A DNA stretch of 64,000 nt from Balanoglossus misakiensis. Taxonomy: Eukaryota > Animalia > Hemichordata. The stretch spans positions 7,666,390-7,730,389 of the forward strand of contig CM082580.2 of the NCBI GenBank assembly GCA_040954595.2. Direction: 5' to 3'. Shown here piece by piece: positions 1-12,481 of this stretch; within the stretch, counting starts at the first letter, position 1; every line of letters starts with the position of its first letter. The notes under the pieces are model-generated. The model did no database searches, had not been told where the DNA came from, and worked only from the letters and a program-made list of their open reading frames with translations. Both the position numbers and the translations under genes were made by a program.

Positions 1-3000
1 CTTGATTGCCTTGTCACTTTTTTACGATAGGCAACATTTTAAGAGTGCCCTGTAAAATCCCCAGTCAGATCCACAGTATGCTATCATCACTTTAACGGTG
101 ACTTGACCACCAGACATCCACTTCCACGCCCCATCGACTAGAGGTATTTAAATTGTCAACACTGTTGAAAGTATTTATTTTAGGTGGAATTAAGATTCTT
201 AGGATACTCATCTGCAAATTTCATATTTTAATAGAGTTAAATTAGTGGAGTGTTGACAAAGCAAATATTTGAGCTTGATTAAATGACCCCTGAGAGATTT
301 ATATACTGCACTTGTCCATAGTGTTGTATTTAGTCATTTCAGATGACACATCAACTAAACACCAATGAGGCATTCTGCTGGAATTGTAAAAAGCCATTAT
401 CTTTATCACAACACGACTGCATAATAGAACCCAGAAGATAAATGTTGTCAAGATCTTCTGAGAGTCTATTAAAAGCATATGTCCATATGGTTGTGAGTTA
501 CGTATGTTTTTTAATGAAGGCTATTCATTCATTTATGCTGACATAAAACAATACCTCTAATGAGTCCAACATCATGCTGAAATTAAGACATGGCGATCCA
601 ATAACTTGTCTGCGAATGGTAGAGATTGACCCCCACACGTGAAGTATGTGCCCTCCAACTCTCCATATTTATAACTGGGTTGTCCACTGAAGACTCCAGG
701 CCAGTTGGCAAAAACAGTGATCATTTTGCGAAATGGAATTTTTCTGGTGTTTTTTATGGATTAGTATTAATGAGTTTTAAAACAAGAAATGCTTTTACGA
801 CATTTCAATATAAATTGCATATATGTATTAATATTTACCATAATTCAAAACAGAATTTAAGAAATGTAATGAACATAATTATAAGCATTATCCATGCAAG
901 TCACATCTGAGGTTAATGGCATGGGAAAACTGAAAACATCTTGCTATTTATTGTAATTAAAATACTAATTTGAAAATGTGACGAGCATGACATGCCGATT
1001 AAGATGCAAATTCACCACCGACACCGGTACACTTTTATTTTTTGTTTGACACAAGCCTTCTGTTCATGGCTTCAGAAAACTGCACAAATTTTACACCAGA
1101 CTGTCTGGGTCACACTAATACTGTTAAACAGTAAAAAATAAATTGCCTGTCATATGAAAAAAAGTAAAAGGCAGATTGAAACCTGAAATGAGATTATTTC
1201 AATCACTAAAGCGTTGGTAATTCAAGAAGCACACTCCACCAAACATTAGCAATATTTTGAAATTGACCACATTAAATGTCATCATGTGTACTATTTATTA
1301 AGGCATTTAGCATTATTGCTTAGTGGATCAGAAAATTGAAATCCTGTTAACTACGTTATTTCTCCAAATTATCAATTGAACGCTCAACAAAGTGAAAATA
1401 GAATCATATTTTACCTCCACTCCACTCCTCTACTCGCCCATCCTCTCCACCCCTCCCCCAATCACTTATACCCTTCACCCCCAGTTCCCTCTTGAGAGGT
1501 CCAACCAAGCCATTCATGATGTAGAAAACAATGGGTTAGGACTACACGTATGCAAAGATTCTCGATTACTACATGTAACCAGTGGAAGGATGGACAGGCT
1601 CAGAACGCCACTGACTACCAGCTGATTGGTGCAGAGCAGAAGCAGCTATTAATACATATTAAGTAAACAAGGCTCTCTGTGGCTAATTTGTCAGCCAGTA
1701 TGCGTAACTTATTGTCTACAACCAGTGAAGCCACAAAAAAGGCAATCTTTTTTCTGTTTCTGAATGGGAACGTCTATGCAAAGAACACCAGTGTGAAAGG
1801 GCTGCTCCCTTACGATAACAACACAATAACAAACACTGCATATAACAGCGTTCAGTAAACGAAAACAAGAGTCACCAAATCCCTCTCGTGTGGGGTTTGA
1901 CTGCTCAGACTGATACAACCCATGCATGTACCTGTCAAACGGTAACGGTCCACTTGCGACACAAGATAAAGTTGCAGTGGCACCTGGTGCTTGCGTACCA
2001 GTATATTATTTTTATGCAGCACTGGTTGCTGTTACACAATTCGAGATTCAATCACAGAGCACTGAAGGACATATGCAAATACTGGTGCTATTCAAACACT
2101 TGAGAGTATTTACATTTCCCTGATGCTGCAGTGTCTGTCAGTTGGAATTTAGAGATCTATGGTTGCCATCAGTGTATAGCCATAACTTCCATGCATACCT
2201 CTGTGAGCGCAAAACTCAACAGGAGATTTCTAAAGTACAGTGAAATTATTTGTACTGAGATTCAGATCATGACTAATCGAGGAGAGTCTGGCATAGCAGC
2301 GCGGTTTTCCTTTCGATAGAACGTGCCACTTCATGTGATAAGTGCAAACTTCTGATTCTACGAATGCAGTGCAAAATGAAAACGAGAGATGATTGTGGCA
2401 CCAAGGCATTTATTCCAGATGGACGCTATCAGTTGAAAAGCGTTTACATCCAATCTACATTCTGCCATTTGACGCATCACTTTTTTTTTCAACGGCACGG
2501 CTGCAAGTCCGCACAAATATTGATTCAAACGCGAAGGCCGGGTCTCAAAGAACAGTGGTTTTCAAGTTCCAACCACGAGGGAGGTCACCTTAATCTCACT
2601 AATCCGCTGTCCTTGCACGGCGTAAACCTCTTATTGTACTCAGTCAAGTGCGACATTCAGACTTGAATTCGGAGCCATTAGCCATTTGCAGTGCACACGC
2701 TCATAAACAAGTCCGCTGCCATTTCAAATTTCTGACTCAAGTCACCCGAAAGCAAATATAAAATGTACTTGACTGTAACCACATGGGCCCTGCATGTATA
2801 CATGCACTCATGGTCAAAGAACAATGGTCACACCTTGATCAGAGAAAGAATCGGCCTGCGCTTCCATACATCATCATGTATGAATTACTGTGGACTCAAT
2901 CTTAGACCATGGCTCCTGATAATCAAATACCTGGGTCTATTTTAGACGGCAAGGTCAATTTGAAGAATGGTCCACATTGTCAAGACGGTCACTGATACCT

Positions 3001-3811
3001 GACCGATTATAAATGTGACCCGACCTTTCTCGTGCAACAAAAACATCGCAAACATACAAACAAATGCTGAAACTGGTAAACTTGACCTGCAATTTTTTTT
3101 CTGTCTGTCCCCCCCCCAAGCCTTTCTTGTGAAATCTGCAAAGATTTGTTCTTGTGTTATTTCACAGCACTCCATATTATATTACAATACGAGCAAATCT
3201 CGCGATGACAATTGTATGTGCACCGGCATGTGTGAATTATGCCTCCACACGTACAAGATCACTGGGGTCCAGTGACCCACACATACCAAATAATGTGCAC
3301 CACTCGTGGTAAATGCAATCTCGTGACTCAGAGCTACCAACCAAATTATTAAGACAATCAGGATGGGGACAATGCAGTCAGTGGTGACTCATCACATCTT
3401 GCGTTGTTTCCATAATGCATTGTACGCTCTTCAATACTGCTTCGTTTTTGGTACTGCATTCCTTGCAGATCAATCAACTAACAATATTTCCTCCAGTACC
3501 ACTATGCAGTGAATGAACGGTAAATTCTTACAAGAAACAAACTTTACTGTGATTATAATGTCAAAGTTGGTGGCAAAAGTCATTTGTCTGTGATCAAAAA
3601 GACTGTTTCTTCAATACATCCTCCCATCCACCACACATGTATGGAAATTATGCGCGACCAATCCCTCCCATGGATATCGACTCTGAAGCTGTAACATTCA
3701 ATAACTGAATAATAATAATAATAATAATATTTAATTCTTAAAAACGCACTCCACAAACGTCTCAGTGCGCTGAACAAAGTATTAAAAAGATACAAAAAAC
3801 AACTACTACAG

Positions 3812-4693
3812 TTACGAGTAAAACTTGTTAAAAAGATGGGTCTTCAAACAACGTTTAAAAGAAGTAGTATTTCTGGCACAACGAATTTCTGAAGGCAGTG
3901 CATTCCACAGCAAAGGGGCACATACCGAAAAAGCTCTCTGACCGTAAGACTTATTAAAATATCCGCGAGGAGGAGTTAAACGTAATTTCTCAGAAGATCG
4001 CAGATTTCTTGTCGGTACGTACAGATCAATTAAATCGGTCAGATAAAGCGGTGCATCACCTCTAACAATCTTAAAAGTAGTCAATAAAATTTTGAATTGT
4101 ATACGAGCTTTCACAGGTAACCAGTGTAAATCAATGAAAACAGGGGTGATGTGGTCATATTTGCGTGTACCTGTGACGAGGCGGGCTGCTGCATTTTGAA
4201 CAGACTGCAGACGGATCAGCTGGTCATTTGAGATGCCATAGAACAGACTGTTACAATAGTCGAGTCTAGAGGTAACGAATGCATGAATGAGTTTCTCGGT
4301 AGTGGGCTTGTCGAGTAATTTACGAATTTTACCGATTCTTGATAAAGAGAAATATGCGTTCCTACAAAGTTGACTGATATGTTCACACATAAAGCCATCC
4401 CTGTTGAGAATAACACCAAGATTCCGAACGAAAGGAGAGGGAGTGATGTTATGTTTACCAATCCTGAGGTTATGCAGTTCTGCCATATCGTGTTTCAAGC
4501 GTGATGAAAAATGAATAACTTCGGTCTTGTTATCGTTCAGCACCAGCGTGTTACTTCTCATCCATCCACGAATATCATCAACGCACATTTCAACGCCGGC
4601 GCTAACATCTTCAGGTTTATTGCAGATAATGTACAACTGTGTGTCATCAGCGTACATCATGTAGTCAAGATTATGGCCTACTATAATATCCAA
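3812..4693 (-). mobile_element. 5'-truncated non-LTR retrotransposon (L2/CR1-group LINE), C-terminal part of ORF2 reverse transcriptase
   Basis: Uninterrupted 293-aa ORF. It has YADDTQLY, NLGV, LDYCNSL, HITP..LHWLP and RAFSV..P.LWNALP motifs typical of L2-clade ORF2. A short 3' UTR follows, with a GCGCACT/AGTGCGT stem (3744-3770) and an (ATT)n tail (~3709-3731). Confidence 0.93.
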
Positions 4694-7600
4694 TAATCCT
4701 CTAGCTACAAGGCCAAGTCATGTAATTAAATCGCCGACAACATTCAAGGTGTACCCAGGTGTCTACTCACACTTCTATAGCAAGATCTGAGATTATTTTT
4801 TGCATGACTGACTGTATCCGCAGGATTTTGAACTGCATTCACTTTTCTTTTCTTTACCGGCTATTGCAACTCACAATGCCAGAACGGTATTAGGATTACC
4901 GTCAGGGGATGGTTATCATTTCAAAAGTAAATACTTCAGCTGTGCGCGGCTTTTTGCGCTTCTGCAAAGGTCATGGCAAGAGCTGTAATCCTAGTTTGTT
5001 TCCATAGTGATTAAAGTGAGTGTCAGCTAGTCGTTTATATTTTATTTTTAGGTTGCGTGGAATTCTTCACAACAAGAAGTCTACTCTACAATATATAAAT
5101 ACGTACTACGCAGTATATTAGTGTATGTAACATATATATTAAATTAAGCCTACTACATGAAATTCTTCGGAGTGACCACATCTCCATATAATGACACCAG
5201 TGTCACATTCCACAGACTAACAGATACATGCACCCTAACTTCATTACTTCATTCTGCGCCAGGATGTACAAACAACACGGGAAATGTACGACCCGGTATA
5301 CATGAACTGACGCATTGCCATGCATATTAATTATCAATGGCACCTGTACGGCAAGACCCTGTCTGGAATAAAAGCCGATTTAGAGCTCGGAATCGATCAA
5401 AAGGCTTCGAGGTGCCCCCTTCACTTATGAACCGATGATTCCTCTTCTTGATTTACTCAGATTGCGACTCTCAAGCATTCGGTGATTATTCACCATTTTG
5501 TCTGGGCCATCTACATTTTCCGAAAGGCCAGACATATCGTGATGGCTCTTGGTGGCTATAAAAGCAACAAAAAGGTATTGATAAAACTAATCAGCGAGAT
5601 CCTGAAACGTGTACCTGGGAATCAGCCGGTATCACATTTCATTAACAGCAATTATACAATTTTCTCAGTTCCTAAATAGTTGTCCAGGTAATAGATAAAT
5701 TGTTCTGGACATCTAGCTAAGCCCTTGTAATTTGCACACAAGAAGGACAGACAAACTTAATTCCAGACAAAATCATTACACTTTGCAAAATAGCTCCTTA
5801 CCTGGAAGTATGCGTAGGTGGAGGTCACTCGCAATATGAACTGAAAATATTGCAATGTCCTTTAAGACGTTTTATTCCACTTAATTAAGGAGTCAATTTT
5901 CAGGTTTTGCTAGATTTCCCCCGACCTTTAATATGCAAAAAGTCAAGCAATCAATTTCACAGAGTAATATTTTGAAACATACACAGCGCACAGCTTATCA
6001 TCATTCTGTGACAGTGTATACATGCCATGTGGTATACTAAGTCGTGCTTGTATCTCACTGCATGTATATACGAACTGGTACACCACCAAGAGCAAGACCG
6101 CTTACCCAAGGTTTAATATGGTCTATACTGAAGTTGAGTCAGCACAGAAATACATTTATCAAATTAGAGTCAACGGATAATGCATTTGGTTTCATTTCAT
6201 TATGAGATTTCATCCGGGGCCGTTATGATTCGATAAAGATTTTATTGCCCGAAGCGCGGAAATGAAACGCAAAGGGTAATACAAAGGATGGTATCAAGTC
6301 AATGAATACGGAATAGACAGATAAAATGGAAATGGGGTTATTTTTTCAGACGCCATGATGAAATGGACTTTTAGGAAATTATTAGTCTGTGAATGTTCTG
6401 ATGATTGCCTCGGATTATTCAACAGAACAAAGGAGTTATGCGATACTCTGACTGCCTTTCTCTCGCTCAAAGCCAATTCTGTGAGGGCATTTTCATAAAC
6501 TTGTATTGAATTGTCGCTACTGAATTTGCGCTATGTATACACTCTGGGGTAGGAGTTCTGAAAAGTCATCATCAGGTCTGGCACCTGGGGATCATTGATG
6601 CAACTGCAACGGAAGTTCTTCTGTCGATCCTTGACCTGCAGTCCTGTAAGACAGACTATAAAACTGGCTCTTACCCTGGACTGTTTTCAACAGCCAAGAT
6701 TTCAATTCTCTACATATCTCAACAGAAACTTGAAAAACGTCTCCGCAGTAGGCCAGTGACCTCTGCAACTTCCACCCAGCACTTCTTCCATGACGAACAA
6801 AGATAAACACACAGAAACTACCAAGCCATGACCCATAACCATAACTACTGCCGCACCACATTGACTAGAAAATTTCCCTGCACACTTCATTTCTTTCGGC
6901 ATGGATTTGATGTTTTCGTATCTTTTTTTTTCCGTTTGACTGCACCTTTGGGAAACGCCAGACAGACACGCAAAGCAGCCGCTGTAATTACATATCGCAG
7001 CTGTTCACTAATTATTTCCTCTTTAATTGACATCTATAATGAACAGCTACTGGCAAGACTTATTACACACAGAACCCGACATCATAATGGGGGAGGGGGG
7101 GGGGGGAGATAAATTTATGAATGTGTCCGTGGTGCGACAGCATCAGAAGTTTTCCACCGATTCATTACTCACACTTGTATTTTCACAGTTTTATATAATT
7201 ATGACATAAGTAGGCTATGACTAATAACAACAGCGCCAAAAACATCAGTCAATGGTTTTTTTTCCGAGTCAGAAAGCACACATCCCAATTATTTGATCAC
7301 ATCCTACACTAACAATGACCGATCATGAGGACGCATTTTAAATTGACACGCTATTCTACTGAATGCAATGCCTCATGAGAACAAAAACTTAATAAAAATA
7401 GGCCATTGTCATATTTTAATGCAGTGTACCTCTTTGTCAGCAGATGAATAGAAATTTGATGTACACGAGCGTGCACTGGGGAATTGTGATTTTTCCAGTA
7501 TGTCAACAAACTTCAAATGGCTGAATCAATGCACACAGTATAAACTTTTTAAAAGCCTTTTTCCAGCTTACAGACCAAACAAAGCCAGTCTGGTCTCAGT

Positions 7601-10600
7601 TTTCAAGAAATATTACCTTCGCTTTCCGTGCGCAGGTTAATTTTTAACACGAAAAGGATCGTTTTTCGACATCATGTCGCTGTCACAGAAAATGACGTGC
7701 AGCAAACAGACAAACCAGTTGGTGCACTTACTCATAATCGCAATGTGTGTAAACTTTGATACTGCCAACATCAATCAGAATGTTTAACATTACATTATGT
7801 CAGTGTATTTATATTCCAAGTTAAATTTAAAATTGCTTTCACCCTACTTTAACAGGGCTAGACATAGGTAGACATTACGTTGATATCATGAAGTCTATGG
7901 TGGAGTATTGCCAAAATTCACTCTTTCAGTCTCTGGAATTTCAAATTACACACACATATACCAGAACAATATTTGTTAGAAATTCAGTTTTTGAGCAAAT
8001 CTACTGATCATTGTCAAATATTTGCTTCTGGCCATGTGACCAATATTCAACATTCTATTAAAAGTTTGTCAACTACCTTATGCGTGGTACTTCAGCTGCC
8101 AAATCATTATTAATATGACAAGGCAAATTTGCATGAATTTTAATTAGATTTCGCCTTGACAGATTACATAATTCCCATCCCTCTGCCACCGGAAAACACA
8201 TTTACATCTAGATAGCATGTTTAACTTTTAATGCGCAAGTAAACAAAATTATCGACGCGGAATTGTGCGGACACCCTCACTACGTGCCATATGGTGGATT
8301 TTAGAGAAACGAAAACTGCGATAAAGGTAATCTAATTAAAATCATGCCCAGTGCTGTAATTATCACGCAACCAATTTACCATTAAGAACTTTGATATTGA
8401 TTGGTCTTGAATCATTGGCTGGACACGAGGGATGGACTCCGCACGGCACCCAGTACAATTTTATTTTGACAGACAGGCGGATATGACTGGTATACAGGCA
8501 AACACCGCTGTGGTATTCCAGGACCAGCCTGCAGCCAGCCACTCCCTCTGTGTGCCCACACCAATCCTGACTATACAAAACAGCTGACCTCACCAGTTGT
8601 TGAAGTGGATTGAGGTCACAGGTCTTACCCGCACCCTAGGCTCAATGATTTGTCATTTCCTGTGTGCTATCTCAACACACCAGAGTATCAACAAGCCTTG
8701 TGAGCTGCGTTGCCACCTCCTTGTAGCTGAATTTTATTGTGCTGTTTTTTATTCATTTCAACAACCTAAAATATGTAAGACTGAACAGAACTACATCCAT
8801 GAGTAACTAAGGAATATATAGGTCACATCATAATTTATTAATACAATGAAAATGTTGCTAACCCAATAAAAATTGTCTGAATTCTTGCTTTTTCAACAGG
8901 AATGCATCCATGTTAATTTCATGCAATAAACCACATGTGTACTATATACCCCCACATGTACATCTTGAAGGGAGTTCTGTTGTGATTACCTTAGAACTGA
9001 ATTATCTATGTAGCTATGAACAATAGTGTTCATTTCACATGTATTATATAGATGGAGTTGCTGATCAGCTGGCACTAAGCCGGAATGCCAGAAAGCATTA
9101 CTCATCACCATTCAAGGTCACTCCATCATCCAATTATAAAGCAAACATTGACTTTGGAAATGGATCATGGACCCTGCCAGTTCATCAAAAGGGAATTTGG
9201 TGCAGTTAAAATACGTGTACGAGATGGTGTGAATTATTTAGAATTTTAGAAATCCTTAAATTTTTTGCAGTTGACATTGCCACTAAATTAGAGCGACAAT
9301 CAACCAATATATAGAAGAAAACTGTGATCCCTTGATGTCTTCAGAGGCACTTATACTGAAGTGAAACCTCAACCACAAAAATTTCCTGTTTTTACATATA
9401 GTCTGGAATCTGTGAAAGATGAAATCCTACTTGGCAGTTACTGCAACATATCCAACTTGCAGGAGGCTGGCATTGGCTTGCGGGCTGCAGCTGACCTTGT
9501 TAAAAATGGATGGGTAGCCAAAATAGCAGTCTCAAACTTTATCAATGTCCATTGTCCCTCAGGGGGTTATGCATTTGAAAGGAGTGCTTTTGCTAATAAT
9601 AAAGCAACCAGCAAAAGCACTCACTTCGTGACATTTTGATGAGGAAAACAATGCAGTGTTGAATCTCTTGTCAGCAAGTCTCTTGTGAGAAGATTTTTTA
9701 TTAAACACTTCATGTACAATGCCAGTGTATCGATAGAAAATACAATGTACTTGGTTGTAAGCAAAGATGAAAAATTCAAAGTGAGCTGGGCACGAGAAAG
9801 CAGAAGAGGCACATACTCAGTTACACTTGCACAGCACACCTCATTAGACCTGACAGTGCTTATCATGTAACTGACAACAATGCCAAGGAATACCTTCAAA
9901 ACACATCAACTTCACCACTTAAAGTTTAAAAGCATGCCGGCTTTTACTTGCTTCGGCACAATGAAATGTTCTACCACTAGAGGAAATATAGCTTTTACAC
10001 ATTACTTTATTTATGACACTGCAATAACTTTCGAATAATTATTAATCAACAGATTTGAACTATAGGATAATACACTTATGAACATGCAAGTAATAAAACA
10101 GGAAAATGAAAATGGAACTTGTTTTGCCTCGATGAAATCCTTCATCCATGTAAATTGAAATTACTGACAGCATTATAGTGACCTGGATTTGTTCTTTATT
10201 CACAAGTGCATTTATTTCACACTAACAAATCCAGTCATGATGCCTTGAGAAAGCAAGACTTAATAGCACAGGCTTCATATAAGTGCAATGCTTTATCTGC
10301 TTAGTGACGAACTAGTAATGTAGCGTGAGAGTCTGTACGGTGTAATGTTGTTAATAGGAAGACAGTGTTGTACGCAACTCTAAGGAACCTCCTAATAAGT
10401 GGTGATATCCCAAGGCAAATTATTCTGCGATTGGAAAATCAATATCTCTTGGCTTCTCAAAGGCTTTTTCCAGACTGACACCAAGACAGACAGGGTAGTC
10501 TTGATTCAAGGCACTGCCAGAAGGGAAAAGACTTGTTTTCTTTTAATACTTTGTATTGCTAGAGGACTTATCAATCTGCTGGTGCTAATCTGTAAGTGTA

Positions 10601-11874
10601 CAGTAGATGAAAAGCTGCTACCTCTTAGACATTAGCATATAGCTGTTTTCATGACCCATTTTTTTACAGAAAAATAATTCTCATTTTTATTCTTTACTTT
10701 CTATATCTGGCAGGTTCAACATCTAATTAACTCCTGTGCAACAGTCCTAACTAACAATGCAATGATATGTAATAATTCTGATACAAGCTGATAAATTTTA
10801 ATAGCGGAGATATATTTGGTACATTGTAAGATAAAATCATTTCCTCTGGAATTATGCAGATCAAGTGAAGTTGAAAAGAACTTTCCAAGATATAGGAAGT
10901 AATATACGTACTATTGATTTTCTTAAGGCCACTGACCCCTTCACACAAAAACAGTCCTGATATAATACAGGAACTGCATGGGCCAAAGCACACAAAGGTC
11001 ACTATGTTCCTGACCTTTTAACATTTCCAGCCAAGCCTGTTTGACATTTTTTCGTTCACGTTATGTTTACATTTAAAACTACCCACAGAGTTATTTTATG
11101 TCTATCTGTCCACGCTATGATTTATATACATGGTATTTGAATGAAAACAATTTGACATTCAAAGTTAATCTCCTATTTGGGAAACCTTTTGTATTTGTCT
11201 GTCACTTCACTAAACTCATTAATTAGTTATGAGTTTGGCTAGGCCCGTTTCATTACAATTGTCTGGATTTAAAACTAATCCTATTCACGCTGACCTATCA
11301 GCCGCAGTTTAAGTATATCAACTGACCTGCTGCTGTTTTAGTTCAACATAAACAGTTGCCGATTGGTTTGGAATTTGCTCGGCCAGCATAGGCCGGGCAA
11401 AGGCGTCGCGCAATGGACAAATATGCAAATTATTACCACACACCTAAAAGTTCGTTCGGGCGGTAAACAAAACGTAAAAATGCCCTGCGAGTAAATTTTT
11501 CGAAAATCGAGCACATTGGTGACGGTGTCTGCAAACGCCCTTTGTGGGTTGGGCGAATGACCAGCTGACAAACCGCTACCAAAACGGAGGGTACTGTAAT
11601 ATGCCGTGGAACGTTTGCTGTACCGGGGATCCCGAAACAGACACAGGGGCCGATGAATGTGTACCATTGGCAGAGAGTTTGCACAGACCACCTGTCCCAA
11701 ACACCTGTGCATACCTAAATGCCCGTATGTGTTAATGAAAGGAGCACATCGATGGAATGTTTGGCTGATGCGAACTAAAAGTGTTAATTGCGAGGTATGA
11801 GGTGTGAATGTGTGTACAATGGTACAGTACAGTCTCCCTATATATCGCATATAAGAAGTAAGTCAAGAACTTAC

Positions 11875-12077
11875 AGATTTCCTACGGAGCCGTCTGACTT
11901 GGTGAACTGATGCTGTGCCACCGAAAATCCGAAATAGCTCTCATTGTCCGGGTAACCGTAGCTACTGGGGTAATCCTTCACAATTGGAAGTCTGGTTTCC
12001 AGGTTATAACACAGAGCGGTCTCAATTAAGCACAACAGTAGCAGAAACCGCCTCAGATGCATTTCAGTCCTCGCCAT
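11875..12077 (-). CDS. Integrin alpha subunit, exon 1 (PS1 / ITGA3-6-7-like); the gene continues off the left edge
   Basis: Signal peptide MARTEMHLRRFLLLLCLIETALC, then YNLETRLPIVK...SYFGFSVAQHQ (integrin alpha N-terminus and first propeller repeat; resembles Drosophila alphaPS1 FNLEQRLPIVK as I recall it). GTAAGT donor at 11874. I recognised no further exon in 1-11874. Confidence 0.85.
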
Positions 12078-12481
12078 TTTCACTCTGTTAGTGGGCCATA
12101 CAACACATTTCATGAATTCTTGTTCCAGTGAAGTCCCGTCACACACGAGAGTGGGAGGGGTTTCCCACGTTACTTCCGCCAAGGCGGATTGATATCTGGG
12201 ACAACCTCTTCGGTTGGGAACGGTCAACATCATTCATTAAAATGTTCTTATATGCTCTATGTCGGGTTTATTTCGATTATCTATCCCTTTTCGAACATTC
12301 TCCTCTTAATAGCGTTAAATAAAGTTATATTCTCTGGACTAGATTATTTATTGTCGCATCAACAAAATGTATGTTGCATGAGTGACTAGGTCAGCACTGA
12401 CGAAAGGAAACAGATGAAGCCATTCTAATCCGGCCAGTGTCAATACACTTTTTTAGTTCGACCTCCCGTCAGAATAAACAT
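12078..12481. promoter_or_regulatory. Probable bidirectional promoter between integrin alpha and BLOC1S1
   Basis: Divergent ATGs ~400 bp apart. Contains a kappaB-like GGGGTTTCCC (12157-12166) next to an ETS-like ACTTCCG. Confidence 0.55.

Noticed and set aside
3812-4693. Reverse transcriptase as a retron/DGR-type system or domesticated gene
   Set aside because: Motifs, 3' tail and 5' truncation are those of an ordinary L2-type LINE; the catalytic domain is incomplete.
11338-11850. 170-aa ORF and overlapping Cys-containing ORFs beside integrin exon 1
   Set aside because: No recognisable motif or splice continuity with the integrin; they lie at the start of intron 1.
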